64,000 bases of DNA from Occultella glacieicola (GCF_004353825.1 NZ_SMNA01000011.1:1-64000); one strand, 5' to 3'. Counted from the stretch's first letter, positions 48,067-58,362 are shown. The notes: generated by a model not told the origin, from the letters alone. Translations and numbers: made by a program.

Positions 48067-49137
48067 TCAGAGGATCTCGAGCTGGTCCACGGTCGGAGTC
48101 GGCGGGCGGGCCGCACTCGGCGCATCCAGGTAGAACAGCGCGGTCGAGGCGATGTCGTCGCGCAGCGGGAGGTACCGGCCGCCGGTGCGCCAGCCGAGGG
48201 CCTGGATGTCCACGGTGAGGTCGGTCTCGAAGTGGATCGGGTCCGGCACGTGCCAGCGGTACATGCCGAACCGTTGCTGGGAGGCGTAGAGCCCGTCCGG
48301 ACGCAGTACCTGGTGCAGGCCGAGATAGGGGGTCGTGAACTCCGTGTAGCCCTGCCCGGGCACGTCGAAGTTCCACGCTCCCCCGATGTAGTCCTCGGTG
48401 CCCGTGCCACAGATCGTCGGGTACGGCTCCGCCTGCGCCGCGTCCCCGTCGAGGTAGAACTTGATCTCGCCCTCACCCCACCACCCGGTGGAGTTCACAC
48501 CCCAGGCGAGATAGGTGCCGACGTACTGGCCGCGGCCGCGGACGTCGTCGAGCAGCACGTGCGTGGCTCGGTCCGGCAGCGGGTTGCTGCGCCGCCACTG
48601 CGCGTGCAGCCGCCCGGTGCCGACTTCGTCGCCGCCGTCGGTATAGGTGACCTGGAAGTACACGATCACGGGCTCGGGGCCGAGGTTCTCGATGCTCAGC
48701 CGGGCACCGTCGGCGAACGGCATCGGCCAGTACGAGTTGAAGCCTCCGTGCGGGTTCGCGGCCACCATCGCCGAGCTGAGCTGAGCGAACGCGCCCCAAC
48801 CCTGACCGAAGAAGTCCCCGACCGGCACCTCGATCGCGGGTTCGGACGCCCCATCCCAGTACCCGCGCAGCAGCAGCCGGCGCCAGTTGTCGGTGTGGGT
48901 GGTGAGCCAGAGGTGGGTGATCCGCCCGGACCCGGTGATCCGGGCCAGGTCGTACGTCTGCCCGGGCTCGATCCGCACGCTCGGGGAGACCTTCCAGCCG
49001 ACGCCCAGGTCGCGGGCCGCCTCGGCACCGGTGCCCTCGGTGGCCCGGCCACCGCCGCCCTTGGCGCCGTCGGGGTTCTCCGGGCTGATCGAACGGGTCC
49101 GCACGTCGCGGAGCGCGGCCAGGTCGCTGTTGAACAT
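48067..49137 (-). CDS. Second DUF2961 (GH172) glycoside hydrolase
   Basis: RSISPENPDGAKG, GWKVSP, GRITHLWLT, VPVGDFFG, NSYWPMPF, WWGEGE, GTGTEDY, YRWHVPDP. Confidence 0.9.
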   Translation of the reverse strand: MFNSDLAALRDVRTRSISPENPDGAKGGGGRATEGTGAEAARDLGVGWKVSPSVRIEPGQTYDLARITGSGRITHLWLTTHTDNWRRLLLRGYWDGASEPAIEVPVGDFFGQGWGAFAQLSSAMVAANPHGGFNSYWPMPFADGARLSIENLGPEPVIVYFQVTYTDGGDEVGTGRLHAQWRRSNPLPDRATHVLLDDVRGRGQYVGTYLAWGVNSTGWWGEGEIKFYLDGDAAQAEPYPTICGTGTEDYIGGAWNFDVPGQGYTEFTTPYLGLHQVLRPDGLYASQQRFGMYRWHVPDPIHFETDLTVDIQALGWRTGGRYLPLRDDIASTALFYLDAPSAARPPTPTVDQLEIL

Positions 49138-49181
49138 GAGGCCTCACATCTGTGTCGGGAGCGGTCGAGGGGGATCGGATC

Positions 49182-50198
49182 TCAGGCGGCCGAGGTAGTA
49201 CCCCGGACGAGCAGGTGCGGCGGCAGCAACAGGTGGACCGGTTCGCTGGCCGGGTCCGCGGCGAGGGCCACCAGACGCTCAGCGGCCCGGGTGCCCATCT
49301 CCTCGACCGGCTGGGCCACCAGCGTCACCGCCGGGCTGACCATCTGGGTCCAGCGATCGTCGTCGACTCCCACGAGCGAGATCTCGTCCGGCATCCGCAG
49401 CCCGCTGGCCTGCACACCCCGGTAGGCGCCGGTGGTCAGCGGTCCGTTCATGGCGAAGATCGCGTCCGGGTGGTTGCGCGGGTCCGCGAGCGCGGCCCGC
49501 ACCGCGGCCTCGGCGTCGTCGATCTTGAGGTCGGTGCGCACCATCCGGGCCGGGTCGAGGGTCAGCCCGGCGCCGGTGAGCGCCTGCCGCACGCCCTGGA
49601 GGCGGTCCTCCGTGGTGCTCACGCCGGAGGGGCCCGCCAGGCACATGATGTCGCGGTGGCCGAGCTCGAGCAGGTGCTCGGTGGCGAGCCGGCCGGCCTC
49701 GACGTTGTCCAACAGGATCGTGTCCCCGGTGAAGTCGTGCACGCGCCGGTCGACCACGACGGTCGGCACCTGCGCGGCGAGCAGCGCGCTCAGGTCGGAC
49801 GTCGCCTCGGAGGTCACCGAGACCACCACGCCGGCCATCCGCTGGGCCACGGCCGTGGTCAGGTAGCTGCGCTCCCGGTCGAGTTGCTCATCGGTATTGC
49901 AGAGCATCACCGAGATCCCCGAGCGCACGGCGACATGTTCGACCGCTGTCACCAGCGAGGTGAAGAACGGGTTCTGCACATCGGAGACGATCGCGGCCCA
50001 GACGTCCGCCCGCTGGCGCCGCAGGGCCCGGCCGTTCGGGTTCGGGACGTACCGGGTGACCTCGGCGGCGCGCCGCACCCGGGCGGCCAGCTCGGGGTCG
50101 ACGGAGCCCAGGCCGTTGAGCACCCGGGACACGGTGGCCGTGGAGACCCCGGCCTCCCGCGCGACGTCCGTGATCCGCACCGCCCGCTGCCCGTTCAT
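49182..50198 (-). CDS. LacI-family regulator of the arabinan locus
   Basis: ITDVAREAGVSTATVSRVLN, YVPNPNGRAL, LVGVDD; ATGA overlap with the upstream gene. Confidence 0.92.
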   Translation of the reverse strand: MNGQRAVRITDVAREAGVSTATVSRVLNGLGSVDPELAARVRRAAEVTRYVPNPNGRALRRQRADVWAAIVSDVQNPFFTSLVTAVEHVAVRSGISVMLCNTDEQLDRERSYLTTAVAQRMAGVVVSVTSEATSDLSALLAAQVPTVVVDRRVHDFTGDTILLDNVEAGRLATEHLLELGHRDIMCLAGPSGVSTTEDRLQGVRQALTGAGLTLDPARMVRTDLKIDDAEAAVRAALADPRNHPDAIFAMNGPLTTGAYRGVQASGLRMPDEISLVGVDDDRWTQMVSPAVTLVAQPVEEMGTRAAERLVALAADPASEPVHLLLPPHLLVRGTTSAA

Positions 50199-52045
50199 GG
50201 CGCGATCCTCGCACCCTCGCCGTAGACCGCCAGCTCCGACACCGACGTGTAGCCCGCCCAGCCGCCCGCGCGACCTCCCAGCCGGACGCCGGTGCTGATC
50301 TGGGCCGGCACGGTGAATGTGTACGTCCTGGTGCCGGTGGCGGTCCAGTCCGCCGGGTAGGGCGGTTCCACGACGGCCGGCACCTCCACCCAGTCCGCGC
50401 CGCGGCGCACCTGCACCCGGGGCGGCGCGTCGAACCAGCCGGCGCCGTAGTCGTGTGGCCCGGAGGTGAACTCGAGTCGCTCGATCCGCACCGGCTCCGG
50501 CCAGGTGTATCCCCAGTACTCGGCGTCCTTGCGCAGCCCGTTCCAGGAGTCCTCGGCCCGGTCGGTGCTGCCGTCGTTGAGCACCTCGATGCGTCCGGAG
50601 CGGCAGGCGGTGGCGATCGCGCGGACGCCGGGCGCGGTGGCGAGATTGCCGGCGTCGGGCTCGGAGACGGTGTCGGCGCCGCGGGCCGGCGGTGCGGTCC
50701 GCGCGGCCAGGGCCGCCGGGTCCGTGCGGGGCATCGGGTCCAGTCGCAGCGGCCGCAGCGAGAAGTGGTAGCTCGAGCCGCCGTGGGTGGAGGCTCCGAC
50801 GAACCAGTTCGACTGGACCCACGCGTCCCGGCCGTCCTCACTGAGGAACTTGCTCGGGATCGTGGTGGCGTACCCGCCGTGCCGCGGCTCGGCGGACCGC
50901 GGCCCGGACCAGGGGAACGGGCCGAAATCATGGCTCAGGAACGGGCGCCAGGGGCCCCACGGCGTCGGCGACTCGTAGAACTCGAACGTGAACTCGGTCC
51001 AGGACGAGTACAGGTACCGGTCCAGGCCCGGGTTGTAGACGATCCCGCCCTGGGCGAGCACAGAGCCGGGGACCGGTGCCGGTGCCATCGGCACCGGCAC
51101 CGCGGTACCGACCCGGCGGGTGTCGGTCAGGACCGGGACGCGGTCGGTGAGGACGGACGAGAAGGTGGGGACGTCGTCGGGCCCGGTGCCGGCGAAGAAC
51201 TCCCAGGTGGAGCGGTCCAGGACGGAGGCCGCGGGGACCCGGGCCAGGTACAGGTCCTGCGGGTCCGGCACGACGCCCGAGTAGGAGGTGCGCCAGTTGT
51301 GGTCGAGGCCGTAGGCGTAGACGAAGGCGGCCGGGTCCGGCTCACCCGGGCCGACGGTGCCGGCGGTGGCGCGGAGCACGGCGGCGCGGCGGTTGCTCTG
51401 CCCGAAATCGAGGAACATGATCGTGGTGAACTCGTCGGTGAACATGGCCCGCTCGGGTGCGGTCCAGGTGCGCCCGTAGTCGCGGGAGCACACGACGCCG
51501 GCGGCGGGCGCGGTGTTGAACGTGTCCGGCGAGGCCCCGCAGCGCAGGTCCTGCACGGCCAGGTAAAGCTCGTCACGGCCGTCCCCGTCGCCGTCCACGG
51601 CGACCATGCCGGTCGGCTTGCTGTTGAACCGCTCCGGGTCGGTCCAGACCGGGGCGACCTCCCGGCCCGCCGCCAGCCGTTGCCCGGTCAGGCCCGTACG
51701 CGGGTCCCCGTCGACGCGGTTGATCACGAGGTCGGACCACGGACCGTCCGAGAAGCCGAGCCCGTCCCCGCACGCGGCATAGAGGGCGCCGTCGTCGGCC
51801 CAGGCGCTCGGCCAGAGGTCGCCGTCGCTCGGCGAGGAGACGCCGGCCGCGTAGGACACCGCGGCGACCGCGAAGAAGTCCGACGGCGGGGGCACGGTCC
51901 CGGGGGCACCGTCGCCGGGGCGGTGGCTGCCCCGGGCGTCGCGCGCGCCGCCTGTGCCGACTGTGCCGACGGTGCCACCCGCGCCGCCTGTGTCACCTGT
52001 GCCGAACAAGCCGGGCACGCCGGGGAACTCCTCGGGCTGGGTCAC
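50195..52045 (-). CDS. DUF4185-like beta-propeller glycosidase with a C-terminal beta-sandwich-like domain
   Basis: SDGDLWPSAWADDG, GDGLGF, KPTGM, LARVP, WEFFAG, YNPGLDRY, ESPTPWGPW, GYATTIPSK; no signal peptide; family call tentative. Confidence 0.65.
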   Translation of the reverse strand: MTQPEEFPGVPGLFGTGDTGGAGGTVGTVGTGGARDARGSHRPGDGAPGTVPPPSDFFAVAAVSYAAGVSSPSDGDLWPSAWADDGALYAACGDGLGFSDGPWSDLVINRVDGDPRTGLTGQRLAAGREVAPVWTDPERFNSKPTGMVAVDGDGDGRDELYLAVQDLRCGASPDTFNTAPAAGVVCSRDYGRTWTAPERAMFTDEFTTIMFLDFGQSNRRAAVLRATAGTVGPGEPDPAAFVYAYGLDHNWRTSYSGVVPDPQDLYLARVPAASVLDRSTWEFFAGTGPDDVPTFSSVLTDRVPVLTDTRRVGTAVPVPMAPAPVPGSVLAQGGIVYNPGLDRYLYSSWTEFTFEFYESPTPWGPWRPFLSHDFGPFPWSGPRSAEPRHGGYATTIPSKFLSEDGRDAWVQSNWFVGASTHGGSSYHFSLRPLRLDPMPRTDPAALAARTAPPARGADTVSEPDAGNLATAPGVRAIATACRSGRIEVLNDGSTDRAEDSWNGLRKDAEYWGYTWPEPVRIERLEFTSGPHDYGAGWFDAPPRVQVRRGADWVEVPAVVEPPYPADWTATGTRTYTFTVPAQISTGVRLGGRAGGWAGYTSVSELAVYGEGARIAP

Positions 52046-52061
52046 TCCGCCTCCGATGCCG

Positions 52062-52073
52062 GTAATCGATTAC
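52062..52073. promoter_or_regulatory. LacI-type operator
   Basis: GTAATCGATTAC, identical to 47952-47963, 16 bp upstream of the GTG. Confidence 0.8.
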
Positions 52074-52182
52074 GCACAATCTACCCACACCCGGCGCACC
52101 GAGTTCAACGCCCACCAGCGCGGGGCGGCCAGCATGACGGCGGTGGCCATGCCGGCCGCGTGCGCCCGGTCGTCGTCGACTG

Positions 52183-52959
52183 CTACCGTCCGGAGTTCGG
52201 CGCGCCGGTGGCGTCGGGCCCGATCACGTCGTCCGGGAGCACAAGACCGCGGTCCACGAAGGTGGCCGTGAGCGCCGCGGCCACCACGCCTGGATCGCTG
52301 ATGCCGGTCTCGGCGGCCACGGAGGAGGTCACCGCCGGGTCCACGTCCTGCTCGAGTGCGGCCGCGCAGGCGGCCGTGACCGACGCGAGCGGCCCGGTGT
52401 CACCGACCTGGATCACCGAACTCACCTGCCAGGCGTTTCGGGACACCCGCTGGGCGGTGCCACTGATCTTGACCACGCCGCGGGCGTTCACACTGAACTC
52501 GCCCGGACAGTACTCCGCGGGCACAGGTCCGACCCGGGCGTCGATACCGAGCCCCGCGAACACCTCGACCAAGGCGTCGGTGTGAGCCGCGAACCGCTCC
52601 CGCGGACCGATCCGGGCCACCGGGTCCGCCCCGTAGTGCTCCACCACGAGGCTGCCCCGATGCAGCGGCGCGAAGGCGCCGCCGACCGGTCGCACGACCG
52701 GCCGGAAGCTCGCGGCCCGGGCGACCTCGACGGCCGCGGCATAGCCGGGGTGCAACTGGTCACGCCGGCTGAACGCCAGGATCCGGCCGGGCCTGCGCAG
52801 GTGCAGCAGGCGCACCGGACCGGTCGCCTCGTGCAACCGGTGCAGGAGGGCGGGCACGTGGCCGAACGGGTCGTCCGGGTCGGCCCCCGCGAGTTCCGCA
52901 CGCCGGTGCGCGAGGAACTGCTCGGTCCGCTCCCCCGGTGGCGCGCCGTCCGGGGTCAC
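52183..52959 (-). CDS. Lipoate-protein ligase (BPL/LPL) family protein, LipL-like
   Basis: VVRPVGG, EYCPGEFSV, KISGTAQR. Confidence 0.75.
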   Translation of the reverse strand: MTPDGAPPGERTEQFLAHRRAELAGADPDDPFGHVPALLHRLHEATGPVRLLHLRRPGRILAFSRRDQLHPGYAAAVEVARAASFRPVVRPVGGAFAPLHRGSLVVEHYGADPVARIGPRERFAAHTDALVEVFAGLGIDARVGPVPAEYCPGEFSVNARGVVKISGTAQRVSRNAWQVSSVIQVGDTGPLASVTAACAAALEQDVDPAVTSSVAAETGISDPGVVAAALTATFVDRGLVLPDDVIGPDATGAPNSGR

Positions 52960-54176
52960 CGGGAGGGGTCGGTATCCGGCCCGGCCGGTCCGGGTCCGGC
53001 GCTTGTCGGACGAGGATCGGTGGGCCTGCGACCGTCCGGGTCAGTCCTGCCCGGCGAGGTGCCGGACGGGGTGGTCGGGTCGGGCCCGGCGAGGTCGTCG
53101 AGTTCGTCGAGCGGCACCGGCCAGTCCAGGGAGCGGGCTCGCGCGGCGCCACGCGGACGCTCGCCGCTCCGTGCCACGTCACCGGAGGCGATCGTTCCGT
53201 CGGCGAGGAGGCGGTCCCCGGAGCCGCTCGTGCCCGAGCCGGGCGGCGGGCCCTCGGACGCGCTCGTGCCCGCGTCCGGGAGCGTGCCGCGGGATGTCGC
53301 GGCGGGCGGTCCGGCCGACCCGGGACCGGTCCCGACCGCCGGCGGCTCGAGGCCCGGTCCGGGCGCAGGTCGCGGCGCCGGTTCGACGCCCGACCCGGCC
53401 CGCTCGTCCGAGCCAGGCGGCACGTTCGACCCGGCCCGCTCATCCGACCCGGCCCGCTCGTCCGAGCCAGGCCGTACGTTCGAGCCCGGCCGCTCGGCCG
53501 ACGCGGGCCGCTCGGCCGGGCCGGGCTGCTCGCCCGGCGCACGCCTGGTGCGCCGGCGACCGCGCGGCTCCTCCTCCGGTGCCGAGGTGCCGAGCGCCCC
53601 GGAGGCCACCTTCCCGCGGAGCTCCTCGAGCTCACGCTTGCGCCGGCGGGAGCTCCAGACCAGATACCAGATCGCGACCGCCAGCAGCACCGCCACGATC
53701 ACGCCGATCAGGGAGGCGAGACGGAACGAGGGGGCCTGGATGAGCATGTCGTTGCGCGCCACCCGGGTGCTCTCCAGGCCGCCGACGGCGACCGCCAGGG
53801 TGAGCACGTTCGGCGCCGTGAACAGCACCGCCACACCGCCGATGATCAGCCGGGTGCGGGTCGAGTACCGGGCCCGGACCGCCCAGAACCCGAGTGCGAT
53901 CGGGACGGCCGTGAACACGAAGCCGATCGTCAGGCCGAGTAGGACCCCGGCGCTGCTGACCCCCTCGACCTGGTTGCCGATGGTCCGGGCCCACCAGCCC
54001 GGAAGCACCGCGCTGCCGACCAGGTACAACACCGCCACGACCGCCACGGCGGCGACCACGACGGTGGGCCACCGCAGCCACGCGGGGATGGCTGCCTTGG
54101 ATCCGAGCGTGGTACCCCTCGCGGGATCCTCCGGCCGTTCGGGCGGGTTCCCATCCTTGGCTGATCGTGGGCTCAT
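52956..54176 (-). CDS. Membrane protein with about 4 TM helices and a long disordered repetitive C-terminal tail
   Basis: Hydrophobic segments in the first 180 aa; 18-bp-period repeats (GSDERA/GSNVxP) at about 53392-53517; overlaps the next gene. Confidence 0.65.
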   Translation of the reverse strand: MSPRSAKDGNPPERPEDPARGTTLGSKAAIPAWLRWPTVVVAAVAVVAVLYLVGSAVLPGWWARTIGNQVEGVSSAGVLLGLTIGFVFTAVPIALGFWAVRARYSTRTRLIIGGVAVLFTAPNVLTLAVAVGGLESTRVARNDMLIQAPSFRLASLIGVIVAVLLAVAIWYLVWSSRRRKRELEELRGKVASGALGTSAPEEEPRGRRRTRRAPGEQPGPAERPASAERPGSNVRPGSDERAGSDERAGSNVPPGSDERAGSGVEPAPRPAPGPGLEPPAVGTGPGSAGPPAATSRGTLPDAGTSASEGPPPGSGTSGSGDRLLADGTIASGDVARSGERPRGAARARSLDWPVPLDELDDLAGPDPTTPSGTSPGRTDPDGRRPTDPRPTSAGPGPAGPDTDPSR

Positions 54177-54336
54177 GCGTCACATCCTGTCAGCCCTCGC
54201 CCGAGCACGCCCGAGCCACTCCGGGCGGCCGGGCGGCGAGTCAGTCCCCGCCCTCTCGACGTAGTCTGAAACAGAGGGACGCGGCGACTTCCTCGAGGAC
54301 CACGCGACTGCATCCCCGGCCCTCATCCCGCGCCGC

Positions 54337-56166
54337 TCAGACCAGCGAGTCCTCCCACGCGTGGTGCAGCGCCGCGAACCGGCCGTCACCGGCGATCAGC
54401 TCCTCGGGAGTGCCGTCCTCGACCACCCGGCCGTCGCTCATCACGAGCACCCGGTCCGCGATCGCCACCGTGGACAGCCGGTGCGCGATGATCAGCGCGG
54501 TCCGGTCGGCGAGCAGCGTCTGCAGACCACGCTGGACGAGCCGTTCCCCGGGGATGTCCAGCGAACTGGTCGCCTCGTCCAGGATCAGCACGGCCGGGTC
54601 GGCAAGGAACGCCCGGGCGAACGAGATCAGTTGCCGCTGTCCGGCCGAGACCCGGCCCCCACGCTTGTTCACGTCGGTGTCGTAGCCGTCCGGGAGGGCC
54701 AGGATGAAGTCGTGGGCACCGACGGCCCGGGCCGCGGCCTCCACCTCGGAGTCCGTCGCCTCCGGCTTGGCCAGCGCGATGTTGTCACGCACCGTCCCGG
54801 AGAACAGGTAGGCCTCCTGGGTCACCATCACGATGGCGCGGCGCAGGTCCCGGGAGGCGAGCTCGCGCAGGTCGACACCGTCGAGGGTGACCGAGCCACC
54901 GGTGACGTCGTAGAACCTGGCCACGAGCTTGGCCACCGTGGACTTCCCGGCGCCGGTCTGCCCCACGAGCGCGATGGTCTGCCCGGCGGGGATGTCCAGG
55001 TCCAGGTTCGGTAGGACGACCTTCCCGGCGCCGTACCCGAACTCCACATCGGAGAAGCGCAGGGCCCCCTTGGCGTTGGGCAGCGGCACGGGATCGGCAG
55101 CCTGCCGGACCGTCGGGATCTCCTCGAGCAGCCCGGAGATCTTCTCCAGCGCCGCCGCGGCGGACTGGAACGAGTTGTAGAACATCGCCATCTGCTGCAC
55201 CGGCTGGAAGAACCGCTTCGTGTACAGCAGGGTTGCGATCAGCACGCCGACCTCGAGCGAACCGTCCAGGACCCGGAACCCACCGAACGCGAGCGCGACG
55301 GCCACCGTGACGTTCCCGGTCAGCTGCAGCGCCGGGTCGTAGATGCCGTTCAGGCCCATGGTCCTGGCGGTGTTGGCGCGGTAGTCCTCGGTGAGGGCGC
55401 CGTAGCGGGCGTTGTTGGCGTCCTCGCGGCGGAACGCCTGGACGGCCCGGATCCCGGTCATGTTCTCGACGAAGTTCACGATCAGACGGGCCGAGGCGAC
55501 CCGGGAGATCCGGTAGAGCACCTGGGAGCGCTTCTGGAACCACCGGGTGATCAGCCAGACCGGGATCGCCGCGACCAGCAGCACCAGCCCGGCCTGCACG
55601 TCCAGCACGAACAGCGACACGGCGGTGAAGACCATGTACAGGAAGCCGGACGCCAGCGACGTCACGCCCGAGTCGAGGAGCTCGCGCAGCGCCTCCAGGT
55701 CCGAGGTCTGGCGCGAGATGATCCGGCCCGAGGTGTAGGACTCGTGGAACTCCAGGCTCAGCCGCTGCGTCTGCCCGAACACCCGCTGGCGCAGGTCCAG
55801 GAGCACGGTCTGGGAGACCCGCGCGGCGAGGCGGATGAACGCCGCCGTGGTGGCGCCGGCCACGATCGCGGCGAGGACGTAGCCGCCGCTGATCCAGATG
55901 GCGGGGCCCCAGTTGCCGGCCTGCGCCTGCGGCAGTGCCGTGTCGACCGCGAGCGCGATCAGCGCCGGCCCGAGCACCCGCGTGGCCTGGGCGATCACGA
56001 CGAGTACCACGGTGCCCACGAACGTGGCCCGCAGCGGGGCGAGCGTCGAGCCGAGAAGCCGCAGCGACCGCCGTCGGACCGCCTTGCTGTGCACCCGGTC
56101 GAGCTGGCTGTTCTCCTCGTCCTGGACCCCGAGCGGCACGGACGGGGTTGCCGGTACCCCTTTCAT
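54337..56166 (-). CDS. ABC exporter TMD-NBD subunit (consensus site)
   Basis: [29 protein letters not shown]. Confidence 0.93.
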   Translation of the reverse strand: MKGVPATPSVPLGVQDEENSQLDRVHSKAVRRRSLRLLGSTLAPLRATFVGTVVLVVIAQATRVLGPALIALAVDTALPQAQAGNWGPAIWISGGYVLAAIVAGATTAAFIRLAARVSQTVLLDLRQRVFGQTQRLSLEFHESYTSGRIISRQTSDLEALRELLDSGVTSLASGFLYMVFTAVSLFVLDVQAGLVLLVAAIPVWLITRWFQKRSQVLYRISRVASARLIVNFVENMTGIRAVQAFRREDANNARYGALTEDYRANTARTMGLNGIYDPALQLTGNVTVAVALAFGGFRVLDGSLEVGVLIATLLYTKRFFQPVQQMAMFYNSFQSAAAALEKISGLLEEIPTVRQAADPVPLPNAKGALRFSDVEFGYGAGKVVLPNLDLDIPAGQTIALVGQTGAGKSTVAKLVARFYDVTGGSVTLDGVDLRELASRDLRRAIVMVTQEAYLFSGTVRDNIALAKPEATDSEVEAAARAVGAHDFILALPDGYDTDVNKRGGRVSAGQRQLISFARAFLADPAVLILDEATSSLDIPGERLVQRGLQTLLADRTALIIAHRLSTVAIADRVLVMSDGRVVEDGTPEELIAGDGRFAALHHAWEDSLV

Positions 56167-58028
56167 GAGCGCACCTTCCCCACGAGCTCGCTCTCCTCGT
56201 CCTCGATCAGGCTCGAGATCACGAACCGGTAGTGGTCATGGCTCACGAGCAGTTCGGAGTGGGTGCCCACCCCGGTGACCCGGCCGTCCTGGAGGACGGC
56301 GACCCGGTCCGCGAGCGCCACGGTCGAGGGCCGGTGCGCCACGATCAGGGTGGTGGTGCGCTCGAGCTCGGCGCGCAGCTGCTCGGTGACGGCCTCCTCG
56401 GTGCTCACGTCGAGGGCGGAGAGCGGGTCGTCCAGCACGAGCACGTACGGCCGGGCGGCGACGGCCCGGGCGAGCGCGAGCCGTTGCCGCTGTCCCCCGG
56501 ACAGGCTCATCCCCTCCTCGCCGATCAGGGTGTCCACGCCGTCGGGCAGGTCGTGGACGAACAGGGCCTGCGCCACGGTGAGCGCCCGCTCCAGGTCCCT
56601 CTGGTCGTCCTGGCCCGGTGGTGCCCCGAACAGCACGTTCTCCCGCACCGACGCGGAGAACAGGGTGGCGTCCTCGAACGCGATCGACACGAGCGTGCGC
56701 AGGTCGCGGCGGGTCAGGTCGCGCACATCCACGCCGTCGATCCGCAGGGAGCCCGCGGTGACGTCGAACAGCCGCGGCACCAGGGACGCCATGGTCGTCT
56801 TCCCGGACCCGGTCAGGCCGACCAGGGCCATCGTCTCCCCGGGTCGGATGTGCAGGTCCACCCCGGACAGCACCTCTTCCCGTGGCGCCTCGCTCGGCAC
56901 GGTCGTCGGGGCCGGGATGAGGTCGATCGGTGGCGCGTCCGCGTAGTGGAAGTGGACCCCCTCGAACGTCACCTCACCGCGCGGGGCGTTCACCCGCACC
57001 GGTTCGGCCGGGTCCGTGACCTCGTTCACGGTGTCGAGGACCTCGAAGTACCGGTCCACGGCGGTCTTCGCGTACAGCGACATCGAGACGAGCTCACCCA
57101 GCCGCTCGACCGGGCCGTTGACGACCCCGGCGGTGGCGAAGAACGCGACCAGCGCACCGACGGTCATCTGCCCGTCGACGACGAGCCATACCCCCGCGAA
57201 CACGCACAGGCCGAGCACGACCTCCGAGATCGTCATGATCGCGAACGAGAACATCGACAGGACGCGGGCCTTGCTCAGTTCGGTGCCGCGCAGCTCGTCG
57301 GCCTGGCTGGAGAAGTTCCGGTAGGCCTCCCGGCCCCGACCGTACGCCTTCAGCACCCGGATGCCGTGCACGGACTCCTCGACGGTGGTCGCGAGGTCTC
57401 CGGCCTGGTCCTGGCTGAGCCGGGAGATCCGACGGAACCGGCGGGAGAACCGGTAGGAGAAGAACACGACGGGCAGGGCTCCGATGAGGTACGCGACGCC
57501 CAGCGGCGCCGCCATCCGGATCATCAGGACGATCCCGACCACGATCGTGGTGGAGTTCACCACCAGCATCACGATCCCGAACGAGAGCCACCGGCGCAGG
57601 CTGGACAGGTCGCTCATCGACCGGGACAGCAACTGCCCGCCCGGCCACTGGTCGTGGAACGCGATCGGCAGGTCCTGCAGGTGCCGGAACAGCGACATCC
57701 GCAGACCCGCCTCCACGCGCGTGCCGGGGATGAGGATGAAGGCACGCCGGGCGGCGATCAGCCCGGCCTCGAGGATCCCGAGTCCCAGGACGAGCAGAAC
57801 CGCGAACCAGACACCCGAGGTGTCGCCGGCGTCCACGGAGCCGAGCAGCGGCCCGTTGACGGCGTACTCGAGGACCTGCGGGATCGCGAGCGCGCACAGG
57901 CTGGCGCCGAGGGCGCAGATCATGCCGGCGATCAGGCGTGGCAGCGCCGGCTTCACGAATGGATAGAGGCGGGCGAGGGTGGCGACGACCGGCGTGTCCG
58001 CCGAGGAGGCCGCTGGCCGGGACCTCAC
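56163..58028 (-). CDS. ABC exporter TMD-NBD subunit (degenerate Walker B)
   Basis: [33 protein letters not shown] overlap with its partner. Confidence 0.93.
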   Translation of the reverse strand: MRSRPAASSADTPVVATLARLYPFVKPALPRLIAGMICALGASLCALAIPQVLEYAVNGPLLGSVDAGDTSGVWFAVLLVLGLGILEAGLIAARRAFILIPGTRVEAGLRMSLFRHLQDLPIAFHDQWPGGQLLSRSMSDLSSLRRWLSFGIVMLVVNSTTIVVGIVLMIRMAAPLGVAYLIGALPVVFFSYRFSRRFRRISRLSQDQAGDLATTVEESVHGIRVLKAYGRGREAYRNFSSQADELRGTELSKARVLSMFSFAIMTISEVVLGLCVFAGVWLVVDGQMTVGALVAFFATAGVVNGPVERLGELVSMSLYAKTAVDRYFEVLDTVNEVTDPAEPVRVNAPRGEVTFEGVHFHYADAPPIDLIPAPTTVPSEAPREEVLSGVDLHIRPGETMALVGLTGSGKTTMASLVPRLFDVTAGSLRIDGVDVRDLTRRDLRTLVSIAFEDATLFSASVRENVLFGAPPGQDDQRDLERALTVAQALFVHDLPDGVDTLIGEEGMSLSGGQRQRLALARAVAARPYVLVLDDPLSALDVSTEEAVTEQLRAELERTTTLIVAHRPSTVALADRVAVLQDGRVTGVGTHSELLVSHDHYRFVISSLIEDEESELVGKVRS

Positions 58029-58290
58029 GAGTGCGTCGGGGTTGTTCGAACCTTCAGTGACGGCATGGCAGAGCGCTGACCTCCGAGGGTGCAGGTCGGT
58101 TGTGACGTCCGCATCGGCCGTCCGACAGCGGGGTCGGCGGGGGAATACGGCGGTTACCTCAACACTACTCTCATCGGCGTCGCACCTGCACCTGGATTTC
58201 GGTCCGTGGGACGCCGACGGCGCAACCCGCGCCGGACTGGTCCGCTCGCCCCGCCCGGGCGCGGTACCGGCAGGCCGCAGTGGGGTCGAC

Positions 58291-58345
58291 GTCGAGGTCC
58301 AAACGTTTCGATCATGGGATGAGGCGTGGCCGGGTGGACCTCGAC
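58291..58345. terminator. 11-bp inverted repeat downstream of ku
   Basis: GTCGAGGTCCA ... TGGACCTCGAC with a 33-bp spacer. Confidence 0.4.
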
Positions 58346-58362
58346 AGAGGCCTCGGCGCGGT

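Noticed and set aside
58298..58311. SOS box or LacI operator (TCCAAACGTTTCGA)
   Set aside because: Does not fit TCGAAC-N4-GTTCGA, is a single copy, and lies about 270 bp from the next start codon
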